From positions 1 through 42,748 of the forward strand of contig JADHXT010000001.1 of assembly GCA_016782825.1 (NCBI GenBank): a DNA stretch of 42,748 nucleotides. The letters are read 5' to 3'. The notes below the pieces were generated by a model. It worked only from the letters and a program-made list of their open reading frames with translations. It had not been told where the DNA came from and did not search any database. This DNA is from Candidatus Brocadiia bacterium. Lineage in GTDB: Bacteria > Planctomycetota > PUPC01 > DSUN01. The translations under genes and the position numbers were made by a program. Each line of letters starts with the position of its first letter. Within the stretch, counting starts at the first letter, position 1. Below are positions 26,532 to 34,497 of this stretch, piece after piece.

Positions 26532-27125
26532 GTGCCACTCGACGACCTCACCAAGGGGATTGTGCGCTCCAACCCGGTCTTCGTGCTGCTGCTGGGCATC
26601 TGCCCCACGTTGGCCACGAGCGGGTCGCTCCAGACGGCGCTTGCCATGGGGCTGGCGGCCACGTTCGTCCTCGTGTCGTCCAACATCGTCGTCTCCACCA
26701 TCCGCGGCGCCATCCCCAAGGGCGTGCGCATCCCGTGCTACATCGTCATCATCGCCACGTTCGTCACCATGGCCGACCTGTTCCTCCAGGGCTACGCGCC
26801 CGGTGTGAGCGAGGAGATCGGCATCTTCATTCCGCTCATCGTGGTCAACTGCATCATCCTCGGCCGTGCCGAGGCCTTCGCATCGAAGAATGGGGTCGGC
26901 GCGTCGGCCCTCGACGGCATCGGCATGGGCCTGGGCTTCACGGGCGCGTTGCTCCTGGTGTCGTTCATCCGCGAGCTGGTGGGCAAGGGCACCCTGTGGG
27001 GCCACCCGGTGCTGCCCGGCTACAATCCCATCGCCGTCATCGCCTCGGCGCCCGGAGCCTTCCTGGTGCTGGGCTTCCTGCTCGGACTCTTCAACTGGCT
27101 CGGCGCCCTGCGGAAGGCACAGTAG
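26532..27125 (+). CDS. rnfE: RnfE/NqrD-family membrane subunit (electron transport complex subunit E)
   Basis: NPVFVLLLGICPTLATS...IGIFIPLIVVNCIILGRAEAFA...ALDGIGMGLGF...IRELVGKGTL is a near-canonical RnfE. Both conserved Cys are present. Confidence 0.88.
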   Translation: MPLDDLTKGIVRSNPVFVLLLGICPTLATSGSLQTALAMGLAATFVLVSSNIVVSTIRGAIPKGVRIPCYIVIIATFVTMADLFLQGYAPGVSEEIGIFIPLIVVNCIILGRAEAFASKNGVGASALDGIGMGLGFTGALLLVSFIRELVGKGTLWGHPVLPGYNPIAVIASAPGAFLVLGFLLGLFNWLGALRKAQ

Positions 27126-27132
27126 AGCAGCC

Positions 27133-27771
27133 ATGGAACGCCTGTTCGCCATCATCGTCGGCAACATCCTGGTCACGAACTTCGTGCTGGCGCGCTTCCT
27201 GGGCCTGTGCCCGTTCATCGGCGTGTCGAAGAAGACCAGCTCCGCCTTCGGCATGGGCATGGCCGTCACGTTTGTCATGACCATCGCCTCGTTCGTGTCG
27301 TACCTGCTCTACGCCTACGTGCTGAAGGCCAACGCGCCGATGTTGGTGGCTCTGCTGGGCGGCGAGAGCGAGACCGCCCGACGGGGGCTCGAGACGGCGT
27401 TGCGCACGGTGAGCTACATTCTGGTCATCGCCTCGCTGGTGCAGTTCGTCGAGATGTTCCTGCGCAAAGCGGCCCCCGCGCTCTACCGGGCGCTGGGCAT
27501 CTACCTGCCGCTGATCACCACCAACTGCGCGGTGATGGGCGTGGCACTGCTGAACACCACCGACGCCCCGACGCCGCTCGCCCTGGGCGAGGCCGTGCTT
27601 CAGGGCTTCTGCGCGGGGGTCGGGTTCACCTTGGCTATGTTGCTCATGTCGGGCATTCGCGAGCGCCTGGAGTTGATGGCCGTGCCGAAGCCGCTCCAGG
27701 GCGTTCCCATTGCGTTCGTATGCACGGGGCTCATCGCCCTGGCTTTCCTCGGCTTTGCTGGGATGGTGTAA
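27133..27771 (+). CDS. rnfA: RnfA/NqrE-family membrane subunit (electron transport complex subunit A)
   Basis: ILVTNFVLARFLGLCPFIGVSKK...ALGIYLPLITTNCAVMGVALLN...GIRERLE...PLQGVPIAFVCTGLIALAFLGFAG is a canonical RnfA. It has a ~20-aa insertion (ANAPMLVALLGGESETARRGLETAL) relative to E. coli RnfA as I recall it. Confidence 0.88.
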   Translation: MERLFAIIVGNILVTNFVLARFLGLCPFIGVSKKTSSAFGMGMAVTFVMTIASFVSYLLYAYVLKANAPMLVALLGGESETARRGLETALRTVSYILVIASLVQFVEMFLRKAAPALYRALGIYLPLITTNCAVMGVALLNTTDAPTPLALGEAVLQGFCAGVGFTLAMLLMSGIRERLELMAVPKPLQGVPIAFVCTGLIALAFLGFAGMV

Positions 27772-27775
27772 TCTC

Positions 27776-29311
27776 ATGAGAAAGACTGCACTGGCTCCGA
27801 CCGTGTTCCTGGCGGCTGTCTTGTTGGTGGCCGGGCTCCCTCCCCTGACGGGCACCGCGCGTGGCCAGGAGGCCGCGCCCCAGTGGGCGCTCGTGTTCGA
27901 GAACGACACGCCCCGGGCCCTCGTGCTCCCCGGCCCCGTCGACGGCCTCACATACTACTGGTACGTCGTCTACCGGGTGAAGAACCCGACGAAGATGGCC
28001 GTGCCGACTCGAATCGAGGTGGGCCTCGAGCTCACCATCAAGAAAGAGACGGCCGTGTTCGAAGACGTGCACGACATCGTGGCCGAGGGCCACATCGAGA
28101 AGAAGATCATCGAGCGGCCGCTGCTCAACTGGAGCGAGATGGCCTCCAAGAAAGCCGGCCCCCTCGAGCCGGGGAAGAGCCGCGAGTGTGTGGCCATCTT
28201 CCGCGTGGGCAGCCGGGCCGCTGAGTTCGACACGATGCGCCTCATCTTCCGCGGCCTCGCCGCACGCACCCAGCTTGGCCGCGAAGGCAACGTGCAGAAG
28301 TTCCGCGAACGCATCCTCAACCTCGACTACGACTACGTGGACAGCCGCTGGGCCGACACGAAGGAGCTGAAGTACAACGACGAGCGATGGGTGGTGAAGA
28401 CCACCACACTCGCCGACCGCGTGGACGCCAACCAGCAGGCCGTGGACGAAAGCGCCGAGCGGCTCAAAAAGCTCCGCGAGCGCATCGAGAAGCTCCGCAA
28501 GAACGCCCCGAAAGACGTGCCGAAGGCGCCGGGCAAGTCGTCCGCCGCGCCCGCTCAGGGCGGCATCCTGGGCGCGGCACAGGGCATCGGGCTTCCCGCA
28601 CCACAGCTCGTGCAGGCCCTGCGGCAAAAGGCCAGCAAGCACGCGAGCGTGCGGCTGGCCTTCACGCAAGCCGTGGGCGGCCCCCAGGGGCGCCGCCAGC
28701 AGTCCACCGGCATCGCCTACCTGCGTGGCGATGGGCGCTTTGCCACCGAACGCTCGATCGACGTGGGCACACCCCGTGCTCTCAAGGAACTCCGCGTGTT
28801 CGATGGCAAGTCGCTCTGGATCCACACGGCCACTCGCGAGCTGGGCGATGGCGTGCGCCGCTGGGACGCGGCGGCGACGAAGAAGGAATGGCGCACCGTG
28901 GCCAGCCGCGGCGAGGTGAGCTTCGCCACGGTGGTCAACCCGCTGAAGGCCTGGTGCCTCTTCGGCGGCTCCCTGGTGCGCCTGGGCGTCGAGCAGCTCG
29001 ACGGCAAGGCCGCCCATGTGCTGGAGGCGCGCCCCGACGCCAGCCTCCAGGCCGTCCTCGGTGGCCCCCTCGCGGGCGACCTGCTGGGGCACACCGGCGG
29101 GCGGCGCTTCCGCTTCTGGATCGACGCCGACAGTGGTATCCAGCTCCGCATGCGGGTCTACGACGCGGCCGGCGCCGTGGTGGCCACCCTCGAGTGCTCC
29201 GACACCGAACTCGACGCCGACCTGCCCGCCAGCCGCTTTGCCTTCGCGGCACCCAAGGGCGTGAAGGTGATCGACATGAACGCCCTCATGGCCGCCAACG
29301 ACAAGCCGTAA
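27776..29311 (+). CDS. Secreted hypothetical protein (511 aa): unknown N-terminal domain, coiled-coil linker and LolA-like C-terminal domain
   Basis: The ATG lies 4 nt after the rnfA stop. It has a signal peptide (MRKTALAPTVFLAAVLLVAG). The N domain carries GLTYYWYVVYRVKN. A charged helix (AVDESAERLKKLRERIEKLRKN) follows. The C-terminal part (FDGKSLWIHT...VEQLDGKAAHVLEARPD...RFWIDADSGIQLRMRVYD...FAFAAPKGVKVID) resembles LolA / outer-membrane lipoprotein-sorting folds. Confidence 0.65.
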   Translation: MRKTALAPTVFLAAVLLVAGLPPLTGTARGQEAAPQWALVFENDTPRALVLPGPVDGLTYYWYVVYRVKNPTKMAVPTRIEVGLELTIKKETAVFEDVHDIVAEGHIEKKIIERPLLNWSEMASKKAGPLEPGKSRECVAIFRVGSRAAEFDTMRLIFRGLAARTQLGREGNVQKFRERILNLDYDYVDSRWADTKELKYNDERWVVKTTTLADRVDANQQAVDESAERLKKLRERIEKLRKNAPKDVPKAPGKSSAAPAQGGILGAAQGIGLPAPQLVQALRQKASKHASVRLAFTQAVGGPQGRRQQSTGIAYLRGDGRFATERSIDVGTPRALKELRVFDGKSLWIHTATRELGDGVRRWDAAATKKEWRTVASRGEVSFATVVNPLKAWCLFGGSLVRLGVEQLDGKAAHVLEARPDASLQAVLGGPLAGDLLGHTGGRRFRFWIDADSGIQLRMRVYDAAGAVVATLECSDTELDADLPASRFAFAAPKGVKVIDMNALMAANDKP

Positions 29312-29405
29312 GGCAGACGCCCCGCCGCGCTGGCCTGCCGCCTTGCCCGCCACCCGAAGAGGCTGGCGGGCGTTTCTCTATCGCACGCTTCTGAAGGGAC
29401 GGTGC

Positions 29406-30209
29406 GTGGTGCTGCGCCTGAGCAAACGCCGCATCTACGAAATCGTCGAGAAGGCCGAGCCGGGCGACCGCGCGAGCTGGGTCTTCGACGTGTGCATCCT
29501 CACCCTCATCGTCCTCAACATCGTGGCGCTGTGTCTTGAGACGGTGGAGTCGATCCGCGAGAGCGCCGGGTGGCTCTTCCAGGGCTTCGAGACGCTCTCC
29601 GTCATCGTCTTCAGCCTGGAATACGTGCTGCGGCTGTGGTCGGTCACGTCGGGGCATGCGTATCGGCAGCGCGTGTGGGGCCGCGTGCGATTCGCCCTCA
29701 CGCCGCTGGCACTCATCGACCTGCTGGCCGTGCTGCCGTGGTACCTGCCGTTCTTCGGGGTGGACCTGCGGTTCGTGCGTGGCGCGCGGATGTTCCGCCT
29801 GCTGCGTGTCGCCAAGTTCAGCCGCTACTCGCGGGCCATCCACACGTTCGGGCGGGTGTTCTACGCCAAGAAGGAAGAGCTCACGCTGGCCTTGTCGGTG
29901 CTGCTCCTGCTGCTGCTGTCCGCGGCATCGCTCATGTACTTCGCTGAGAACGCCGCGCAGCCCGAGGCGTTCTCCAGCATCCCGGCGTCCATGTGGTGGG
30001 CGGTGGCCACGCTGAGCACGGTGGGCTACGGCGACGTGTATCCCATCACCACCATCGGCAAGGTGATCGCCTCGGTCATCGCCTTCCTGGGCGTCGCGGT
30101 GTTCGCCATCCCCACGGGCATCGTGGGCGCCGGCTTCGTGGAAGCGCTCCAGAAGCAACGCGGGGAGCGCAAGACCTGCCCGCACTGCGGCGAGCCCCTC
30201 GACCCATAG
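29406..30209 (+). CDS. Voltage-gated-type (6TM) potassium channel
   Basis: There is an S4-like segment (LRFVRGARMFRLLRVAKFSRYSR) and a pore with the selectivity filter TLSTVGYGD. The C-terminal tail ends KTCPHCGEPLDP. The start is uncertain: GTG at 29406 (AAGGGA 6 nt upstream) or TTG at 29343. Confidence 0.85.
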   Translation: MVLRLSKRRIYEIVEKAEPGDRASWVFDVCILTLIVLNIVALCLETVESIRESAGWLFQGFETLSVIVFSLEYVLRLWSVTSGHAYRQRVWGRVRFALTPLALIDLLAVLPWYLPFFGVDLRFVRGARMFRLLRVAKFSRYSRAIHTFGRVFYAKKEELTLALSVLLLLLLSAASLMYFAENAAQPEAFSSIPASMWWAVATLSTVGYGDVYPITTIGKVIASVIAFLGVAVFAIPTGIVGAGFVEALQKQRGERKTCPHCGEPLDP

Positions 30210-30239
30210 CCGTCCCCGGCCCGCTCCCCCTGATCTCCT

Positions 30240-30263
30240 CTACTCCTACCCCTACTCCTACTC
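30240..30263. repeat. Four tandem hexamers CTACTC/CTACCC/CTACTC/CTACTC in the convergent gap, overlapping the stop of the 1386-aa gene
   Basis: Read directly. Confidence 0.85.
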
Positions 30264-33200
30264 CAACACCAGCCGCCCAAAGGGCTCGGCGTCTTTGGGG
30301 CCGCACACACCGGGGGTGTATTCCATCCAGCCTCGGAAGCCCTCGCCATCGGCATCGTTCACCGTGAAGCTCCAGCCGAGGCTCGCGCCCTTCTCGGGCC
30401 GCCACGGCCCGAGCGCCGCCCAGGGGATGGCCGCCTCGTAGGCCAGGCCGCCCTTGGCCCTCTTCACCGCCACCTGCGCCACCTTGATCACGGCCGGCGC
30501 CGGCATCCAGCGGAACACCTGGGGGCCGGCCGGCGCGAGAGCCAGGCCAAACTCCACCACGCCATCGTAGCCTGAGGCCTTCCGTGGCGGGCCGGGGCAG
30601 AGCGCCACCTGAATGCAGTCGCCCTGCCAGATGGGGTGGCCGCTTTGCTTCTGCTCGAACACGTCGTCGCGCACGTCGGTCGCGATGAAGAGACGGTCGG
30701 CGTTCCATCCCGCCCACAGCTTGGCCGAGCAATCAGCGGGGCCTTTCCACTTGGGGATCTTCACGTGCGGCGGCCCATCCACGACGATGGGCGCGAAGGG
30801 CTGCCAGTCCGCCAGGTCGCCGTCGATGGTCGGCGCGCCGTTGCGGTGGGGAGCCTTGGCCTGGGGCCGGGGCGGCTGCACGTCGATGTGTTCTTCGGCC
30901 TCGGCGTCCACCACGCCGGCGCTGATGCGCGTCCTCCCGATGATGGCGTCGCGCGGCACGTGACACAGGAACGTCACCACCCGCGTCTCGCCGGGCTGCA
31001 TGTGCGGCAGCCGCAGGCGCCGCCCCGGCTCCACCTGCCAGCCCGCCGGCACCCGTAGCGCGATGGTGGGCGAGGCGGCCGGGGCACGGTGTCGCGTAAC
31101 GGAGACGATGACGCCGCAGGTCTCCCCGGCCCGGAGGGTGTTGGCGACGCGAAGGCGCAGGCTGGTGGGTGGCAGGACGGGCTCGGCTGGCGGGGGCCCG
31201 CTGCTCTTGCGTTCCGCCGCCACGGCGGCGAGGGCCGCTTCGCGCGACGGGGCGGGCCGCGCGGTGAGGACGAGGATGTCGCGCGGGGCGAGCACCAGCT
31301 TCAGGGGCTGCGAGGGATCGTCCACGTAGGCGTGAGACCGAGCGCCTTCGGGCGTGATGCGCGCGACGAGGGATGGCGCTTTGCCGGCACCCAGCAGGCT
31401 CTGAGTGGGAATACGGAACACGTGCGTTTGGTCGTCCCAGTTGGTCATGGCGATGGCTAGCCGGCCGTCGCGGGCGCGCCAGAGGGTAGCCATGACGGCG
31501 GGGAGGGCGGCCTTGTGGGCCGTGCGGCGGCCCCAGGCGACCTCGATCTCGGGTATGTCGTTCAGCGGCTTCACCTCGCCGAGCAGCTCGCCGTCGAGCA
31601 TGAAGTCGCGCGCGGCCAGGCGGTGGGCCGCGAGGTCCTTGAGGTATTGCGCCTTGGCTCGATGTCGCGGCTCAAGCAGCTCGAAGCCCATCCAGCCGAG
31701 CTGGCAACCCCAGAGCCAGTCGCGGCCCTGGCTCATGGCGAAGGCAGTGAGCTTGTCGCCCACGGCGCTGGGGCTGGAGAAGTAGACGGTGTGGCCGCTG
31801 TAGACGGCGGGGAGCATGGGGATTTCGTGGTCGTAGCGGGGGTTCCACGTGAGGAAGGCGTCCACGCCGTCCATGTAGCACTCGGTGTTGTTCTCGGTGG
31901 TGATGGTCACGTCGCGGCCGTCGGCGTGTGCGATCTGCTGGATGCGGTCGAGCATCACGCGGTAGCCGTCCACCCACCACGAGCCGCCGCCGAGGGGGTG
32001 GCCGTGGCTCTTGTCGTAGCATAGCTTGGCGCCGGCCGCGGCGATCTGGTCGATGTAGATGGCGTTCACCTTCTCGTCCACGATCAGGCGGCGGCAGATT
32101 TCCACCACCTTGTCCTGCCAGAACTTCGTGGCGGGGCACATGACGGCGAGCTTGCGGCCGGAGCCGTACTGCTCCAGATAGGGCTTGCCGGCGGGGTCTT
32201 TGCACGCGAAGGGGAGGGCGGCCTTGAAGTTGTCGTTACCGCTGTCCCACAGGCGGCCGTTGATGTAGGGCATGGCCACCATGCCGGCGTCGGCGAGCTG
32301 CTTGACGCCGGCGGCGAAGCCGGGCTTGGTGGGGAAGTAATTGGGGTAGTAGGTGTCGAAGGGGATTTCGTGCCAGTTGTACCAGTGGATGCCGATGGGC
32401 ACGGGGGCGAAGAGCTTGGCGGCCTCGTGCATCTTGGGCACCACGGCCTTGGCGTGTCCGCCGTTGAGCATCCAGAGGCCCAGGTCGCGGAGCTTCCTGG
32501 GCGTGCTCTTGCGGGAGGCGAGGGGGCCTTTCTTTGTCCACGGCGCCTCCTTGAGCGCCCACTGGCGGTAGAGCTTGGCGCCGCCCCACCAGTCGCCCTG
32601 GTAGGCGCCGACGGCGATGGGGAAGGGTTGTGCATAGCCGTTGCCGGCCATGCCCTGGTTGGGCGCGTGCATCTGGAAGTGGAACTCGCCGAGGGGCGAG
32701 AGCGAGAAGCGCTTGGGCATGGCCTGCGGGTCGTGGCAGGCCAGGTAGAGGCCGCGTTCCCCCCAGTTGGCCGTGACGAACTGCATCGGCCACTGGCACG
32801 AGGGGTAGAACCCCGCCTGGCGGTGCTTGCAGTCGCGATACAGCATGCCCCAGTTGCTGCGGGGCACACCCACGTCGGGACGCTCGGCCGGTCCCACGTT
32901 GGCCATCACGGGGAAGAAGACGTCCCACACGCCGTACCGCTTGCCGCGGTCGTCCACCTGGATGCGCCACTGGGAAAGGTGGGAGCGCGGGGGCAGCGTG
33001 ACAGTGGCCGTTATGTCCACCGCCGCGGGCTCATCGGGCAGGGCGACGCCCTTCCAGTGGAACACGAGGCCGCCATCCTGGGCGACCACGGAGCAGGCGG
33101 CCTTGGCGCGGTTGTCGAGGGTGACGGGTTTGAGGGCCTTGTCCTGCGAGCGGAACTCGATGCGCCAGAGCAGGGGCTTGGTCTCGGTCGAGACGACCAT

Positions 33201-34418
33201 CGGCTGCTTGGTGAGGGTGTTGACGATGCGCACGAGGCCGAGGCCTGCGGCCTCGTCGGCGAATTCCAGCGACAGCGCGGTGCTCGCCAGCTTGTACTTC
33301 GCGGCGACGGCGTCGGGGCGCGCCTGTGGCGGCAGGGGAATCTGGCGGATGGTGACGGCCGGCTTGCCGGCGAGCAGGGCGGCGTAGCGCTGGGGGTCTC
33401 GCTGGGCTGGGCCGAGGTAGAGGCGGGCGGCGTTCTCGTAGGTGCGCTCGGCCCACGCGATGCAGGGGGCCTTGAGATAGTTGTAGTACTCGCTCACGCC
33501 GTCAAAGAGGGTGATGCCGCCGGGGTGGCCGAGGCCGATGGCGTCGTCGGCGTTGTGCATCACGGCCCAGCCGGGTAGGTGCTGGCTGGTGCGGGAGTCG
33601 GTGAAGCGTCCCTGCTTGAGCGGCTGGGCGCCGAGCCAGCGGCCGAACAGCGCGTCCTTGCGGGAGACGTGCATGAACTGGAGCTCGCTCCAGCGGTAGT
33701 CGTCGGTGCGGCTGGCGGTGGCGTGGACGTCGATGATGGGCGAGTAGGCGCGGTAGGTCCAGCGATAGACGGCCTGGGCGTTGCCGCTGGCGTAGCGGTC
33801 GGGCGAGCCGTAGCGGGCCTTGGCCTCGACCACGATGCGGAGCGGGCCCCGATGCACGACGCGCGCCGTCGAGTTGGCGTCGTCCTGGAGGAGGACGGTG
33901 CCACGTTCCTTGGTGTAGAGCCGGTCGCCCCAGTAGAAGGCGTCGTAGCGGTTGCCGGAGCCGTTGAACACGAGGGTGTGGGGGAACCCGCCGCCGCCTT
34001 TCTCGGCGATGTGGGCGGTGAAGTACTGGTTCGAGAGCAGCAGGTGGTCCTTGGCGCGGTCGAGGCGCAGGTCGGTGCTGGCGGCTTTGTGGGGCTTGGC
34101 CTGCTGGATGAGGAAGAAGCGGCGCTGGCCGGGCTCGGTGACGCCGTCGAGGAGCAGAGAGAGGACGGCCTCCTTGCCCTCGACATCGAGCTGAGCGACG
34201 GCGGGTCTGGCGTTCCGTCCTGCGGCATCGGTTTCCTCGGCACGGATCGTCTGGGGCGCGCCGCCGGGAAACAGCATGGCCAGGGGCGCGCGATGCTCCA
34301 CCACGTGGTGGAAGCGGCGCGGGCCGGTGTTGCGCACTTCGAGGAAAAGGGGGGCCTCGCCGGCCAGGGCGAGCGACGCGGCGACGAGGAGTGAGACGCA
34401 GAGCACGGTGGGGCGCAT
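30258..34418 (-). CDS. Large secreted protein (1386 aa): unknown N-terminal region, DUF6259-like predicted glycoside-hydrolase-type domain, CBM9-like C-terminal carbohydrate-binding domain
   Basis: It has a signal peptide (MRPTVLCVSLLVAASLALAG). The central region (IHWYNWHEIPFDTYYPNYFP...PYINGRLWD...NAIYIDQIAAA...HGHPLGGGSWW) resembles DUF6259-type proteins as I recall them. The C terminus (APTIDGDLADWQPF...LFIATDVRDDVFEQ...WQGDCIQVAL...GWSFTVNDADG) is CBM9/DOMON-like. AGGAGG lies 7 nt before the ATG at 34418. Confidence 0.75.
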   Translation of the reverse strand: MRPTVLCVSLLVAASLALAGEAPLFLEVRNTGPRRFHHVVEHRAPLAMLFPGGAPQTIRAEETDAAGRNARPAVAQLDVEGKEAVLSLLLDGVTEPGQRRFFLIQQAKPHKAASTDLRLDRAKDHLLLSNQYFTAHIAEKGGGGFPHTLVFNGSGNRYDAFYWGDRLYTKERGTVLLQDDANSTARVVHRGPLRIVVEAKARYGSPDRYASGNAQAVYRWTYRAYSPIIDVHATASRTDDYRWSELQFMHVSRKDALFGRWLGAQPLKQGRFTDSRTSQHLPGWAVMHNADDAIGLGHPGGITLFDGVSEYYNYLKAPCIAWAERTYENAARLYLGPAQRDPQRYAALLAGKPAVTIRQIPLPPQARPDAVAAKYKLASTALSLEFADEAAGLGLVRIVNTLTKQPMVVSTETKPLLWRIEFRSQDKALKPVTLDNRAKAACSVVAQDGGLVFHWKGVALPDEPAAVDITATVTLPPRSHLSQWRIQVDDRGKRYGVWDVFFPVMANVGPAERPDVGVPRSNWGMLYRDCKHRQAGFYPSCQWPMQFVTANWGERGLYLACHDPQAMPKRFSLSPLGEFHFQMHAPNQGMAGNGYAQPFPIAVGAYQGDWWGGAKLYRQWALKEAPWTKKGPLASRKSTPRKLRDLGLWMLNGGHAKAVVPKMHEAAKLFAPVPIGIHWYNWHEIPFDTYYPNYFPTKPGFAAGVKQLADAGMVAMPYINGRLWDSGNDNFKAALPFACKDPAGKPYLEQYGSGRKLAVMCPATKFWQDKVVEICRRLIVDEKVNAIYIDQIAAAGAKLCYDKSHGHPLGGGSWWVDGYRVMLDRIQQIAHADGRDVTITTENNTECYMDGVDAFLTWNPRYDHEIPMLPAVYSGHTVYFSSPSAVGDKLTAFAMSQGRDWLWGCQLGWMGFELLEPRHRAKAQYLKDLAAHRLAARDFMLDGELLGEVKPLNDIPEIEVAWGRRTAHKAALPAVMATLWRARDGRLAIAMTNWDDQTHVFRIPTQSLLGAGKAPSLVARITPEGARSHAYVDDPSQPLKLVLAPRDILVLTARPAPSREAALAAVAAERKSSGPPPAEPVLPPTSLRLRVANTLRAGETCGVIVSVTRHRAPAASPTIALRVPAGWQVEPGRRLRLPHMQPGETRVVTFLCHVPRDAIIGRTRISAGVVDAEAEEHIDVQPPRPQAKAPHRNGAPTIDGDLADWQPFAPIVVDGPPHVKIPKWKGPADCSAKLWAGWNADRLFIATDVRDDVFEQKQSGHPIWQGDCIQVALCPGPPRKASGYDGVVEFGLALAPAGPQVFRWMPAPAVIKVAQVAVKRAKGGLAYEAAIPWAALGPWRPEKGASLGWSFTVNDADGEGFRGWMEYTPGVCGPKDAEPFGRLVLE

Positions 34419-34456
34419 AGTGCGGCCTCCTGGGTAGTGGGCGCGGGAGCGCGCGC

Positions 34457-34486
34457 ATTCTACTGGGGACGGCGCCCAGGCGTCAA
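34457..34486 (-). promoter_or_regulatory. Putative promoter of the 1386-aa gene (TTGACG-18-TAGAAT)
   Basis: The minus strand has TTGACG (34486-34481) and TAGAAT (34462-34457). Confidence 0.3.
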
Positions 34487-34497
34487 GGCGTGAGAGC

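Noticed and set aside
30170-30209. The C-terminal CPHCG motif of the Kv channel as a zinc ribbon.
   Set aside because: Only a single CxxC pair is present, and a zinc-binding site would need a second pair.
25259-30263. The idea that the block of SBP, rnfEA, LolA-like protein and Kv channel is a horizontally acquired island, bounded by the nonamer and hexamer tracts.
   Set aside because: The two tracts are unrelated in sequence, there is no integrase or tRNA, and the apparent GC dip is limited to the SBP gene and was judged only by eye. The evidence is insufficient.
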